From Faecalispora sporosphaeroides DSM 1294 (GTDB lineage: Bacteria > Bacillota > Clostridia > Oscillospirales > Acutalibacteraceae): a stretch of DNA of 32,000 bases. A program made the position numbers and the translations under genes. Under the pieces are notes generated by a model that was not told the DNA's origin, did no database searches, and was given only the letters and a program-made list of their open reading frames with translations. Below, in pieces: positions 1-7,851 of this stretch (positions are counted from its first letter, which is position 1; each line of letters begins with the position of its first letter). The stretch lies in assembly GCF_000383295.1 (NCBI RefSeq), contig NZ_KB911066.1:546836-578835 (forward strand), in the 5' to 3' direction.

Positions 1-905
1 GCCGACCGATTCTCATCGGCGACAACCGTATTTTTGAAAACGCGCTCCGCATGGTAAACGCGGCCGCGCCCCATTACACCATCTCCGAAACTTCAGAGGC
101 CGACTGGAGCAAAGGAATCCCTGTTCTGGACCAAAAAGATCAGGATCCCGCCGAGATTGAAATCGGCAAAATCAACGCGGACTGCGGCAAAGCCGTGAAC
201 CGAATGATCCGGCTGGCATGCCGGCTGTGCCAGGAGGGTGCAATTGAGGGCTTTGTCTTCGCGCCCTTCAATAAGTCCGCCATGATCGAAGGGGGCTGCT
301 CCTTTGAAAGCGAGCACCACCTGATGGCTAATATTTTCGGAGTGACCGGGCCCTTTGGCGAGATCAACGTTTTGGGCGACCTGATGACCACCCGTACAAC
401 AAGTCACATTCCCATCAGCGCGGTCAGTGAAAGCCTGTCGGTAGAACGAATCCTTCGGGCCATTTTGCTCTCTTACCAAACGGTAAAGAACACCGGCGTG
501 GAGCACCCCGTTTTGGGCGTTGCCGCACTCAATCCCCACTGCGGCGAAAACGGGCGCTGCGGCCGGGAAGAACTGGACATCATCGGCCCCGCAATTGAAA
601 AAGCCCGCGAAATGGGGATGGATGCGCAGGGCCCCTTCTCCGCCGACATCCTGTTTATCAAGGCGTTCCGCGGGGATTTTCACAGCGTTGTCACCATGTA
701 CCACGATCAGGGACAAATCGCGTTAAAGCTGAAGGGCTTCGACCAGGGCATCACCGTTGCGGGCGGGCAGCCCTACCCCATTGTTACCTGCGCGCACGGA
801 ACCGCCTATGACATTGCCGGAAAAGGCGTGGTGCATACCTCCGCTTTTGAAAACGCGGTAAAAATGGCCGCCAAAATGGCGGTGCACAAGTACGCAAATT
901 CCTGA
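1..905 (+). CDS. PdxA-family NAD(P)-dependent dehydrogenase (4-phospho-hydroxyacid dehydrogenase-like); 5' end outside window
   Basis: The frame is open from the window edge: ..RPILIGDNRIFENALR precedes the tracked Met at 51. PdxA hallmarks NPHCGENG, TMYHDQGQIALK and CAHGTAYDIAGKG are present. Stop TGA at 903-905. Confidence 0.85.
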   Translation, partial: RPILIGDNRIFENALRMVNAAAPHYTISETSEADWSKGIPVLDQKDQDPAEIEIGKINADCGKAVNRMIRLACRLCQEGAIEGFVFAPFNKSAMIEGGCSFESEHHLMANIFGVTGPFGEINVLGDLMTTRTTSHIPISAVSESLSVERILRAILLSYQTVKNTGVEHPVLGVAALNPHCGENGRCGREELDIIGPAIEKAREMGMDAQGPFSADILFIKAFRGDFHSVVTMYHDQGQIALKLKGFDQGITVAGGQPYPIVTCAHGTAYDIAGKGVVHTSAFENAVKMAAKMAVHKYANS

Positions 906-1035
906 CGGAAACAAGCAGACAGAAGGACCTTGGGGATGCGCGGGGCCGCCGGAAATGGAAGGCCGCACCGCGGGGATTCCCGGGGTATGGGGAGGATTCC
1001 CAAGGCCCTTCTCTGCCGCAAGGAGGATCAAAACG

Positions 1036-1902
1036 ATGAAGCTATGTTATCAGGTGGCAACACCGGATGTTGCGGTCGCACCGTCCGTTACGGCCTTTCA
1101 GGGAGATTTGGAGCACACCTTTTCCCGTCTGGCAGCCATTGGGTACGACGGCGCAGAGCTTATGACGCTGAATCCCGCCGAATTGGATTGGAACCGCGTC
1201 AAGCATACCGCCGAGCGTTACGGGCTCGCGATTCCGCTGGTCTGCACCGGAGAAATTTTCGGTCAGCTGGGTCTCTCTTTTTCCCACCGTGACGAAAGCA
1301 TTCGCCGGGCCGCGGTGGACCGCGTAAAAGAAATCATTGCATTCGCCGGTTTTTTGGGGGCGAACGTAAATATCGGCCGGGTACGGGGCCAGTATTCCGA
1401 CGACATCCCCAAAGAGCAAAGCTACCGCTGGGCCGTCGCCGCTTTGCGGGAGATCAGCACCAGCGCGGAAAAAGAGAATGTGAAAATCGCGCTCGAAACC
1501 GTCACCCTGATGCAGACGAATTTTATCAATACCCTTGAAGAGGCGGTGCAGCTGATTCAAGATGTGAACCACCCCAGCTTTGGCCTGATGATGGATGTCT
1601 TTCACTTGAATCTGGAGGAGAAGAACATCTACGACGCCATCTGGACATACCGGAAATACAATCTGCACGTTCATTTGGCAGACAACAACCGGCGCTACCC
1701 CGGGCACTGCGGGCTGGACTTTTTGAAAATCATACAGTGCTTTCGCAACGCAGGGTATGACGGCGCTTTCAGCACCGAAATTTTTCAAATTCCCGACCAG
1801 GAAAGAGCCGCGCAGGGCGCTATGACCCATTTGGGACCGATTTTGAAAAAGGTGTACGGGCGTCCCTGTTCCCCCGCTGCATTGGAGGTGGATCTCTCTT
1901 GA
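1036..1902 (+). CDS. Sugar-phosphate isomerase/epimerase, xylose-isomerase-like TIM barrel
   Basis: AGGAGG at 1021-1026 lies 9 nt before ATG 1036, so the tracked start at 955 is an upstream extension. Family-like pattern: GYDGAEL, IALETV, HVHLADNNRRYPG, GYDGAFSTE. Confidence 0.8.
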   Translation: MKLCYQVATPDVAVAPSVTAFQGDLEHTFSRLAAIGYDGAELMTLNPAELDWNRVKHTAERYGLAIPLVCTGEIFGQLGLSFSHRDESIRRAAVDRVKEIIAFAGFLGANVNIGRVRGQYSDDIPKEQSYRWAVAALREISTSAEKENVKIALETVTLMQTNFINTLEEAVQLIQDVNHPSFGLMMDVFHLNLEEKNIYDAIWTYRKYNLHVHLADNNRRYPGHCGLDFLKIIQCFRNAGYDGAFSTEIFQIPDQERAAQGAMTHLGPILKKVYGRPCSPAALEVDLS

Positions 1903-2561
1903 AACGAATCGCTTTGCTGCACACCGTCCCCAGTGTTTTTCTTTCTTTCGAGAAACGCATCCGCACCGCTTTGCCGGGCGAGGAGCTGAACATCCACAAT
2001 ACGCTGGACGACTTTTTGGCTTCGGACGCGAATGTGCGGGGCTTTACCCAAAACAACCGCAACAGGCTGTTTTTTCTGCTAAAAGCGATCGAGCTGGAAG
2101 AGCCGGACGTGATTACCGTTACCTGCTCGACGCTCACCCCCGAAGTCGCGCGCATTCGGCCCTTTCTTTCGGTGCCGTTGATCGCAATAGACGACGCCAT
2201 GGCGAAGAAGGCCGTTGCCCTGGGCAGTAAAATCACAGTGATGGCCACGGCGCAAAGCACCGTGGAACCCACCTGCCAAAAGCTTTTGGAGGAGGCCGCC
2301 AAAATCGGCGGAAAGGTAGAGCTTTCTCCCATGGTGTGCCACGACGCGTACGAAGCCATCAAGCGCATGGATCAGCCGGCTCACGACGCGGTTTTGCGCA
2401 AGGCGGCCGGGGGAATCCACGACCAGGATGTCGTTGTGCTGGCACAGGCCTCTATGGCGCATATGGAAAACGAGCTTGCCGCTATTTGCGGGGTCCCGGT
2501 TTTATCCAGCCCCGCGCTTTGTGTGGAGCAGATTGTTCACACCCTTTATCCGGCGCGATAA
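1899..2561 (+). CDS. Asp/Glu/hydantoin-racemase-superfamily protein, single-Cys variant
   Basis: TTG start overlaps the upstream stop (TTGA, 1899-1902). The two-lobe pattern PDVITVTCSTL ... QDVVVLAQASM resembles the paired catalytic-Cys motifs of this superfamily, but the second Cys position is Gln. Confidence 0.6.
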   Translation: MKRIALLHTVPSVFLSFEKRIRTALPGEELNIHNTLDDFLASDANVRGFTQNNRNRLFFLLKAIELEEPDVITVTCSTLTPEVARIRPFLSVPLIAIDDAMAKKAVALGSKITVMATAQSTVEPTCQKLLEEAAKIGGKVELSPMVCHDAYEAIKRMDQPAHDAVLRKAAGGIHDQDVVVLAQASMAHMENELAAICGVPVLSSPALCVEQIVHTLYPAR

Positions 2562-2621
2562 ACGTTGCAATCATCAACCAATGCAAAAGCTCCCTGCCTT
2601 TGCGGAATGGAGGATTCATTT

Positions 2622-3464
2622 ATGAGCATCAGCGAAACGCGGCTGGCAGAGCTGAACACCTTCTGCCGCCGTCTGCGCAGCGAACTGATCGACACGCTGC
2701 ACAGCGTGCAGACCGGTCACCCGGGAGGGTCTCTCTCCTGCTGCGAGATTTTAGTCACTTTATACTTTCACCATCTGCGGGTCGACCCCCGAAACCCGCA
2801 GATGGAAGACAGGGACCGCTTTGTCCTGTCCAAAGGGCACGCGGCCCCCATGCTGTACCTTTGCCTGGCCCATAAGGGATTTTTTCCCCTTGTCGATCTC
2901 AAAACTCTGCGCCAAACGGGCAGCCATTTGCAGGGCCACCCCTGCGCGCATAAAACCCCGGGGGTAGAGCTTTCCACCGGCCCGTTGGGTTTGGGGCTTT
3001 CCGCTTCGGTGGGCATGGCGGAGTCCGCCCGCCTGAACCGGCTGGATTACCAGGTGTACACACTTTTGGGCGACGGTGAAATTCAGGAGGGCATTATCTG
3101 GGAGGCCGCCATGACCGCCGCCAAGCTGAAAACCCCGAATCTCGTCGCCATTCTGGATCACAACGGCGTTCAGCTGGACGGCACCAACGAAGAGATTATG
3201 CCCATGGGGGATATCGGCGCCAAATTTGCCTCTTTCGGCTGGCATGTCCTTTCCGCCGACGGACACGACATCGTGTCGCTTTCCAACGCTTTGGAGCAAG
3301 CCAAAGCCTACACCGAAGGCCCCGTCGTCATCCTCGCCAAAACGGTTAAGGGAAAGGGCGTCTCATTTATGGAGGGCAAAAACACCTGGCACGGCAGGCC
3401 GATTTCGGACACAGAATACGAAAGCATACAAAAGGAATGGAAGGGAGCTGGTAACCATGGGTAA
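2622..3464 (+). CDS. Transketolase, N-terminal (thiamine-diphosphate-binding) subunit
   Basis: GGAGGA lies 7 nt before ATG 2622; the tracked TTG at 2565 is an extension. Motifs GHPGGSLS, LGDGEIQEGIIWEA and DHNGVQLDG are present. Confidence 0.9.
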   Translation: MSISETRLAELNTFCRRLRSELIDTLHSVQTGHPGGSLSCCEILVTLYFHHLRVDPRNPQMEDRDRFVLSKGHAAPMLYLCLAHKGFFPLVDLKTLRQTGSHLQGHPCAHKTPGVELSTGPLGLGLSASVGMAESARLNRLDYQVYTLLGDGEIQEGIIWEAAMTAAKLKTPNLVAILDHNGVQLDGTNEEIMPMGDIGAKFASFGWHVLSADGHDIVSLSNALEQAKAYTEGPVVILAKTVKGKGVSFMEGKNTWHGRPISDTEYESIQKEWKGAGNHG

Positions 3465-4398
3465 TCTGGTCGCCATTCGCGATGCTTACGGGAATGCGCT
3501 GGCCCGTCTGGGCGAGGCAAACCCGAAGGTAGTCGTGCTGGAAACCGACGTCGGCTCCTCCACCAAAAGCGCGGTGTTCGGCAGCAAATACCCGGAGCGT
3601 TATTTCAACATTGGCATCTCCGAGCTGGATATGAACGCCATGGCGGCCGGATTTGCCTCCTGCGGGCTGATCCCGTTCACCAATACCTTTGCCGTTTTTA
3701 TGACCCTGCGGGGCGGCGACCCGATCAACAGCCTGATCTGCTACGACAGCCTGAACGTAAAGCTGGCGGGCGCCTACAGCGGCCTTTCCGATTCCTACGA
3801 CGGTGCCAGCCACCACTCCACCGGCGACCTTTCGGTATTGCGCGCCTTACCGAACCTGACCATTCTTTCTGTGTGCGACCCGGTCGAAACGGAAAAAGCC
3901 GTATTTGCCGCCGCCGCCCACCCGGGCCCGGTATACCTGCGGCTAAGCCGCGCGGCGGTTCCCGCCATCTTTGACGAAAGCTACCCGTTTGAAATCGGCA
4001 AGGGCGTGGTTTTGCGGGACGGAAACGACGTCACCATTTTTGCAACCGGGTACCCGGTTCACAAAGCGCTGGAAGCGGCCGAACTGTTGGAAAAAGACGG
4101 CATTCACGCCCGCGTGGTAAACCTGCACACGGTCAAGCCTCTGGACGAAGAGCTGGTAGTCCGCTGCGCGGCGGAGACCGGGGCGGTCGTCACCGCCGAG
4201 GAACACAGCATTTATGGCGGCCTGGGCGGCGCGGTTGCAGAGGTGCTGGCGCGCGAGCGCCCCACCCCGATGGAATTTGTGGGCACTTCCACTTACACCG
4301 AAAGCGGCGATTATGAAGAGCTGCTTGCGAAATATGGACTGAACGGCCCCGCGATTTACCGCAAGGCCAAACAGGTGTTAGCGCGCAAAAAGAAATGA
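3457..4398 (+). CDS. Transketolase, C-terminal (pyrimidine-binding + C-terminal domain) subunit
   Basis: ATG 3457 overlaps the upstream stop (TAA 3462-3464) by 8 nt, with AAGGGAG 9 nt upstream. Motifs ISELDMNAMAAGFA and SHHSTGDLSVLRALPNL are present. The tracked start at 3226 is an out-of-context extension inside the previous gene. Confidence 0.9.
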   Translation: MGNLVAIRDAYGNALARLGEANPKVVVLETDVGSSTKSAVFGSKYPERYFNIGISELDMNAMAAGFASCGLIPFTNTFAVFMTLRGGDPINSLICYDSLNVKLAGAYSGLSDSYDGASHHSTGDLSVLRALPNLTILSVCDPVETEKAVFAAAAHPGPVYLRLSRAAVPAIFDESYPFEIGKGVVLRDGNDVTIFATGYPVHKALEAAELLEKDGIHARVVNLHTVKPLDEELVVRCAAETGAVVTAEEHSIYGGLGGAVAEVLARERPTPMEFVGTSTYTESGDYEELLAKYGLNGPAIYRKAKQVLARKKK

Positions 4399-4478
4399 TT
4401 TTTGCTTTCGCATCCCATCACAAAGCAGAGGGTTCTCATTCACAATACAAAGTGATCTATGAAAAGGAGTGGAAACGC

Positions 4479-5381
4479 ATGAAAGATTCTATTCACAAGT
4501 ATTTTCAGGTCGGCACCATCCATTGGATGTCCTTTCCGCCCGCACGGTATGATTCGCTCGAGTCGCTTCAGCTGATTGCACGGGACGATTTTTATGATGC
4601 AATCGAGATTTCACAAATCAAAGACGACGCCCTGCGCAAGGCGACGAAAGATATTTTGGAGCAATCTCATTTAAAAGTGTGCTACGGCGCGCAGCCCCGG
4701 CTGCTGGGGCCAAAGCTGAACCCCAACGCCCTTGCCGAAGAAGATCGTGTTTTGGCGGAGCAAACGCTGCTGGAAGCTTTGGACGAAGCGGAATATCTGG
4801 GTGCGAAGGGCATTGCCTTTTTGGCCGGAAAATGGGAAGCGGCCAAAAAGGAGCAGGCGTATTCTCAACTGATAAAAACCACCCGCAATGTGTGCAAACG
4901 GGCGGCCGAGAAGGGTATGTTCGTAGAGCTGGAGGTTTTTGACTACGATATGGATAAGGCTGCGCTCATCGGCCCGGCTCCTTATGCGGCAAAGTTTGCC
5001 GCCGATGTGCGCTCCTGCTGCAGCAATTTCGGCCTGATGGTAGACCTTTCGCACTTCCCCACGACGTATGAAACCAGCAAATTTGTCATTCAGACCCTGC
5101 GGCCTTACATCACCCACCTGCACATAGGCAACGCCGTGGTGAAAGAGGGCTTTGACGCATACGGCGACATGCACCCGCGCTTTGGGTACCCAAACAGCGC
5201 CAATGATACCGAGCAGCTTCTGGACTTTTTTACCGTGCTGAAACAGGAAGGCTTTTTCAATGCGCAGAATCCTCTGGTGCTTTCCTCAGAGGTTTCCCCC
5301 CGCCCTCACGAGGACGCCCACATCGTTTTGGCCAATACCAAGCGGGTCATCAACCGTGCATGGGCATTGCTGGAGGAGTAA
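4479..5381 (+). CDS. Second xylose-isomerase-like TIM-barrel protein (sugar-phosphate isomerase/epimerase family)
   Basis: AAGGAG at 4464-4469 lies 9 nt before ATG 4479. About 300 aa with a TIM-barrel-family pattern (GAKGIAFLAG, VELEVFD, LMVDLSHF, THLHIGNAV). Confidence 0.7.
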   Translation: MKDSIHKYFQVGTIHWMSFPPARYDSLESLQLIARDDFYDAIEISQIKDDALRKATKDILEQSHLKVCYGAQPRLLGPKLNPNALAEEDRVLAEQTLLEALDEAEYLGAKGIAFLAGKWEAAKKEQAYSQLIKTTRNVCKRAAEKGMFVELEVFDYDMDKAALIGPAPYAAKFAADVRSCCSNFGLMVDLSHFPTTYETSKFVIQTLRPYITHLHIGNAVVKEGFDAYGDMHPRFGYPNSANDTEQLLDFFTVLKQEGFFNAQNPLVLSSEVSPRPHEDAHIVLANTKRVINRAWALLEE

Positions 5382-5420
5382 GTACCGTTTTTTAATCAAA
5401 TTCAGAACGGAGGTCTTGTC

Positions 5421-6377
5421 ATGAAAATCGTCATTTTAGACGGTTATACCGAAAACCCCGGCGATTTGAGCTGGGATGGCTTTGCGGCATTGGGTGAGCT
5501 GACGGTATACGACCGCACCCCTGCCGACCAGATTCTTTCGCGCATTGGCGACGCGGAAATCGTGATTACAAATAAAACCCCGCTCACCCGTGAAACATTT
5601 GCCGCCTGCCCCGGCATGCGCTATGTGGGAGTGCTGGCTACCGGCTATAACGTGGTGGACATAGAGGCCGCGAAAGAAAAGGGAATTCCGGTCACCAACA
5701 TTCCAACTTACGGCACCACCGCCGTTGCGCAGATGGTGTTCGCTCTGCTGCTTGAAATCTGCCACCATGTCGGTGATCATTCCGAGGCCGTTCACCGCGG
5801 AGAATGGACCAGCTGCCCCGATTTTTGCTTTTGGAATACCCCGCTGATAGAACTGGCGGGCAAAACCATGGGTATAATCGGCTTTGGGCGAATCGGGCAA
5901 AACACGGCGCAGATCGCCCGTGCCTTTGGCCTGCGGGTATTGGCCTATGACGAATACCCAAACGACGCTGCCCGCGCCCTGGGCGACTATGTCACGCTCG
6001 ACGAGCTGCTGGCGCAATCGGATATCGTCTCCCTGCACTGCCCTCTGTTCCCGTCCACAGAGGGGATCATCAACAAAGACAGCATTGCGAAAATGAAGGA
6101 CGGGGTCATCCTGATCAACACTTCCCGCGGCCCGCTGGTAGAACAGGCCGATTTGGCACAGGCACTGAATTCCGGCAAGGTGTATGCCGCCGGGCTGGAC
6201 GTAGTAGCCACAGAGCCGATTCGGGCAGACAACCCGCTGCTCAGCGCCAAAAACTGCATCATCACTCCCCACATTGCCTGGGCGCCCAAAGAGAGCCGCG
6301 CCCGCCTGATGGAGATTGCGGTGAACAACCTGAAGGCGTTTTTGGAGCAGAAACCGGTGAACGTGGTAAACGCATAA
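5421..6377 (+). CDS. D-isomer-specific 2-hydroxyacid dehydrogenase (glycerate dehydrogenase / hydroxypyruvate reductase-like)
   Basis: GGAGG RBS before ATG 5421. NAD fold GIIGFGRIG; catalytic-triad context NTSRG, LDVVATEP, TPHIAWA. Confidence 0.85.
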   Translation: MKIVILDGYTENPGDLSWDGFAALGELTVYDRTPADQILSRIGDAEIVITNKTPLTRETFAACPGMRYVGVLATGYNVVDIEAAKEKGIPVTNIPTYGTTAVAQMVFALLLEICHHVGDHSEAVHRGEWTSCPDFCFWNTPLIELAGKTMGIIGFGRIGQNTAQIARAFGLRVLAYDEYPNDAARALGDYVTLDELLAQSDIVSLHCPLFPSTEGIINKDSIAKMKDGVILINTSRGPLVEQADLAQALNSGKVYAAGLDVVATEPIRADNPLLSAKNCIITPHIAWAPKESRARLMEIAVNNLKAFLEQKPVNVVNA

Positions 6378-6395
6378 TCCCTACTCATATTTCAT

Positions 6396-6433
6396 AGAAG
6401 CACAGCGGCGGGATTCCCTGCCGCTGTGCTTCT
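6396..6433 (+). other. Strong intercistronic stem-loop with no U-tract
   Basis: AGAAGCACAGCGGC (6396-6409) is the perfect reverse complement of GCCGCTGTGCTTCT (6420-6433). The stem can extend by GGG/CCT pairing, leaving a 4-nt loop. It is followed by AAAAAGG, not a T-run. Confidence 0.7.
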
Positions 6434-6450
6434 AAAAAGGACGGATGATC

Positions 6451-7587
6451 ATGAAGAAATTCCTATTGATTCCCGATTCTTTCAAGGGCACCATGAGTTC
6501 CGCGGAAATCTGTTCCCTGATGAAAGAAAAAATTCAGGAATATTACCCCGCCGCGGAAGTTCATTCGATTCCGGTCGCCGACGGCGGCGAAGGAAGCGTG
6601 GACTGCTTTTTGCAGGCTCTGGGCGGTGAAAAAGTGTTTGTAACAACACAAAATCCCTTTTTTGAACCGGTCGACAGCTATTACGGTTTGATCGACGACG
6701 GCCGCACGGCTGTAATCGAAATGGCGGCCAGCGCCGGGCTCCCCCTCGTCGAGGACCGCAGGAACCCGATGAAAGCCTCGACCTTCGGGGTGGGGGAATT
6801 GATCCTGCACGCGGCCCGAAAGGGCGTATCCAAAATCGTCATGGGGCTTGGGGGCAGCTGTACCAACGACGGCGGCTGCGGCGCCGCCTGCGCGGTGGGC
6901 GTCCGCTTTCTGGATGAAGCCGGTAACAGCTTTGTTCCAACAGGAGACACCTTACACCGCATTCGGCGGCTGGATCTTTCCCAAACAGAACCGATGATAA
7001 AAGACATTGAATTTGTCACGATGTGCGACATCGACAACCCGATGTACGGCCCCACCGGCGCGGCGGCCGTATTCGGCCCCCAAAAGGGCGCAACGCCGGA
7101 AGAGGTTGCGCTGCTGGACGCAGGCGTACAGCACCTGAGCCAAATCATTCGGCAGGCCATGGGGCTTGATCTGGCGTTTGTTCCGGGAACGGGAGCCGCC
7201 GGAGCCATGGGCGCCGGCATGGCGGCGTTCTTCCATTCCCGGCTGCAAATGGGAATTCAGACCATACTCGACACGGTACAGTTTGAAAAACTCGCCGCAG
7301 GGGCCGATATGATTTTTACCGGCGAAGGCAAGCTGGACAGCCAGAGCCTGCGCGGCAAGGTCGTTATCGGCGTCGCCCGCAGGGCCAAAGCGCTTGGGGT
7401 ACCTGTCACCGCTTTGGTCGGCGACATCGGCGACGATATAGAGGCCGCTTACGACGAAGGCGTCAGCGCTGTTTTCAGCATTAACCGGGTCGCCGTGGAT
7501 TTTTCGGTGGCCAGACTGCGTTCACGGCAGGATTTGTCTCTGACGATAGACAACTTAATGCGGTTTTACCGGGCGATGAAGCTATAA
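6451..7587 (+). CDS. Glycerate kinase (GlxK/GarK family)
   Basis: Motifs IPDSFKGTMSSAEIC, VADGGEGSVD and FTGEGKLDSQSLRGK are present. ATG 6451 has better spacing to AAAGGA (6435-6440) than the tracked ATG at 6445. Confidence 0.9.
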   Translation: MKKFLLIPDSFKGTMSSAEICSLMKEKIQEYYPAAEVHSIPVADGGEGSVDCFLQALGGEKVFVTTQNPFFEPVDSYYGLIDDGRTAVIEMAASAGLPLVEDRRNPMKASTFGVGELILHAARKGVSKIVMGLGGSCTNDGGCGAACAVGVRFLDEAGNSFVPTGDTLHRIRRLDLSQTEPMIKDIEFVTMCDIDNPMYGPTGAAAVFGPQKGATPEEVALLDAGVQHLSQIIRQAMGLDLAFVPGTGAAGAMGAGMAAFFHSRLQMGIQTILDTVQFEKLAAGADMIFTGEGKLDSQSLRGKVVIGVARRAKALGVPVTALVGDIGDDIEAAYDEGVSAVFSINRVAVDFSVARLRSRQDLSLTIDNLMRFYRAMKL

Positions 7588-7802
7588 GGCTCAGGGAAAA
7601 ACTCCCATTTTACCGCTTTTCATGGATGCGCTGTTTGCCGCAGAGGGAGCTGATTTTCTCATTCCCGCCGCTGCGGAAACCGGCGAGACGCATGAAAACA
7701 ACCCAGCGCGGCGCCAAAAGCATTCGTTTAATGTTTTGGAATCCCGTTTGCACCCTCTTTTGCATAAGTCTCAAGAATGTTGTCAACATCCTACAAAAGA
7801 TG

Positions 7803-7845
7803 AAAGGATACCGTCCTTTGCGGGCAGTATCCTTTCCGTTTTATT
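7803..7845. terminator. Bidirectional rho-independent terminator between convergent operons
   Basis: AAAGGATAC (7803-7811) pairs with GTATCCTTT (7827-7835). It is followed by CCGTTTTATTT on the + strand and by CATCTTTTGT on the - strand. Confidence 0.65.
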
Positions 7846-7851
7846 TCTGGA

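Noticed and set aside
932-992. Considered a canonical G-quadruplex formed by the five GGGG runs.
   Set aside because: Only three runs (972, 982, 989) are separated by short loops. The fourth would need a 26-nt loop, so the standard G3+N1-7 pattern is not met. I kept it only as part of the G-rich structured-spacer observation.
2622-4398. Considered whether the transketolase is simply the housekeeping pentose-phosphate enzyme.
   Set aside because: It is the split two-subunit form, overlapping by 8 nt. It is embedded between isomerase/epimerase genes in a catabolic operon, a pattern associated with pathway-specific transketolases. This is context-based and not proven.
7588-7851. A 264-nt tail after glycerate kinase. 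It contains + strand ORFs 7622-7855 and 7626-7877, a 51-codon minus-strand ORF (ATG at 7769 to stop at 7614-7616, MQKRVQTGFQNIKR...) and a 13-bp near-palindrome ATGTTGTCAACAT (7775-7787).
   Set aside because: None of the ORFs has an RBS or any recognisable motif, and the + ORFs run through the bidirectional terminator. I treat the region as 3' UTR or spacer. The palindrome has no gene start next to it.
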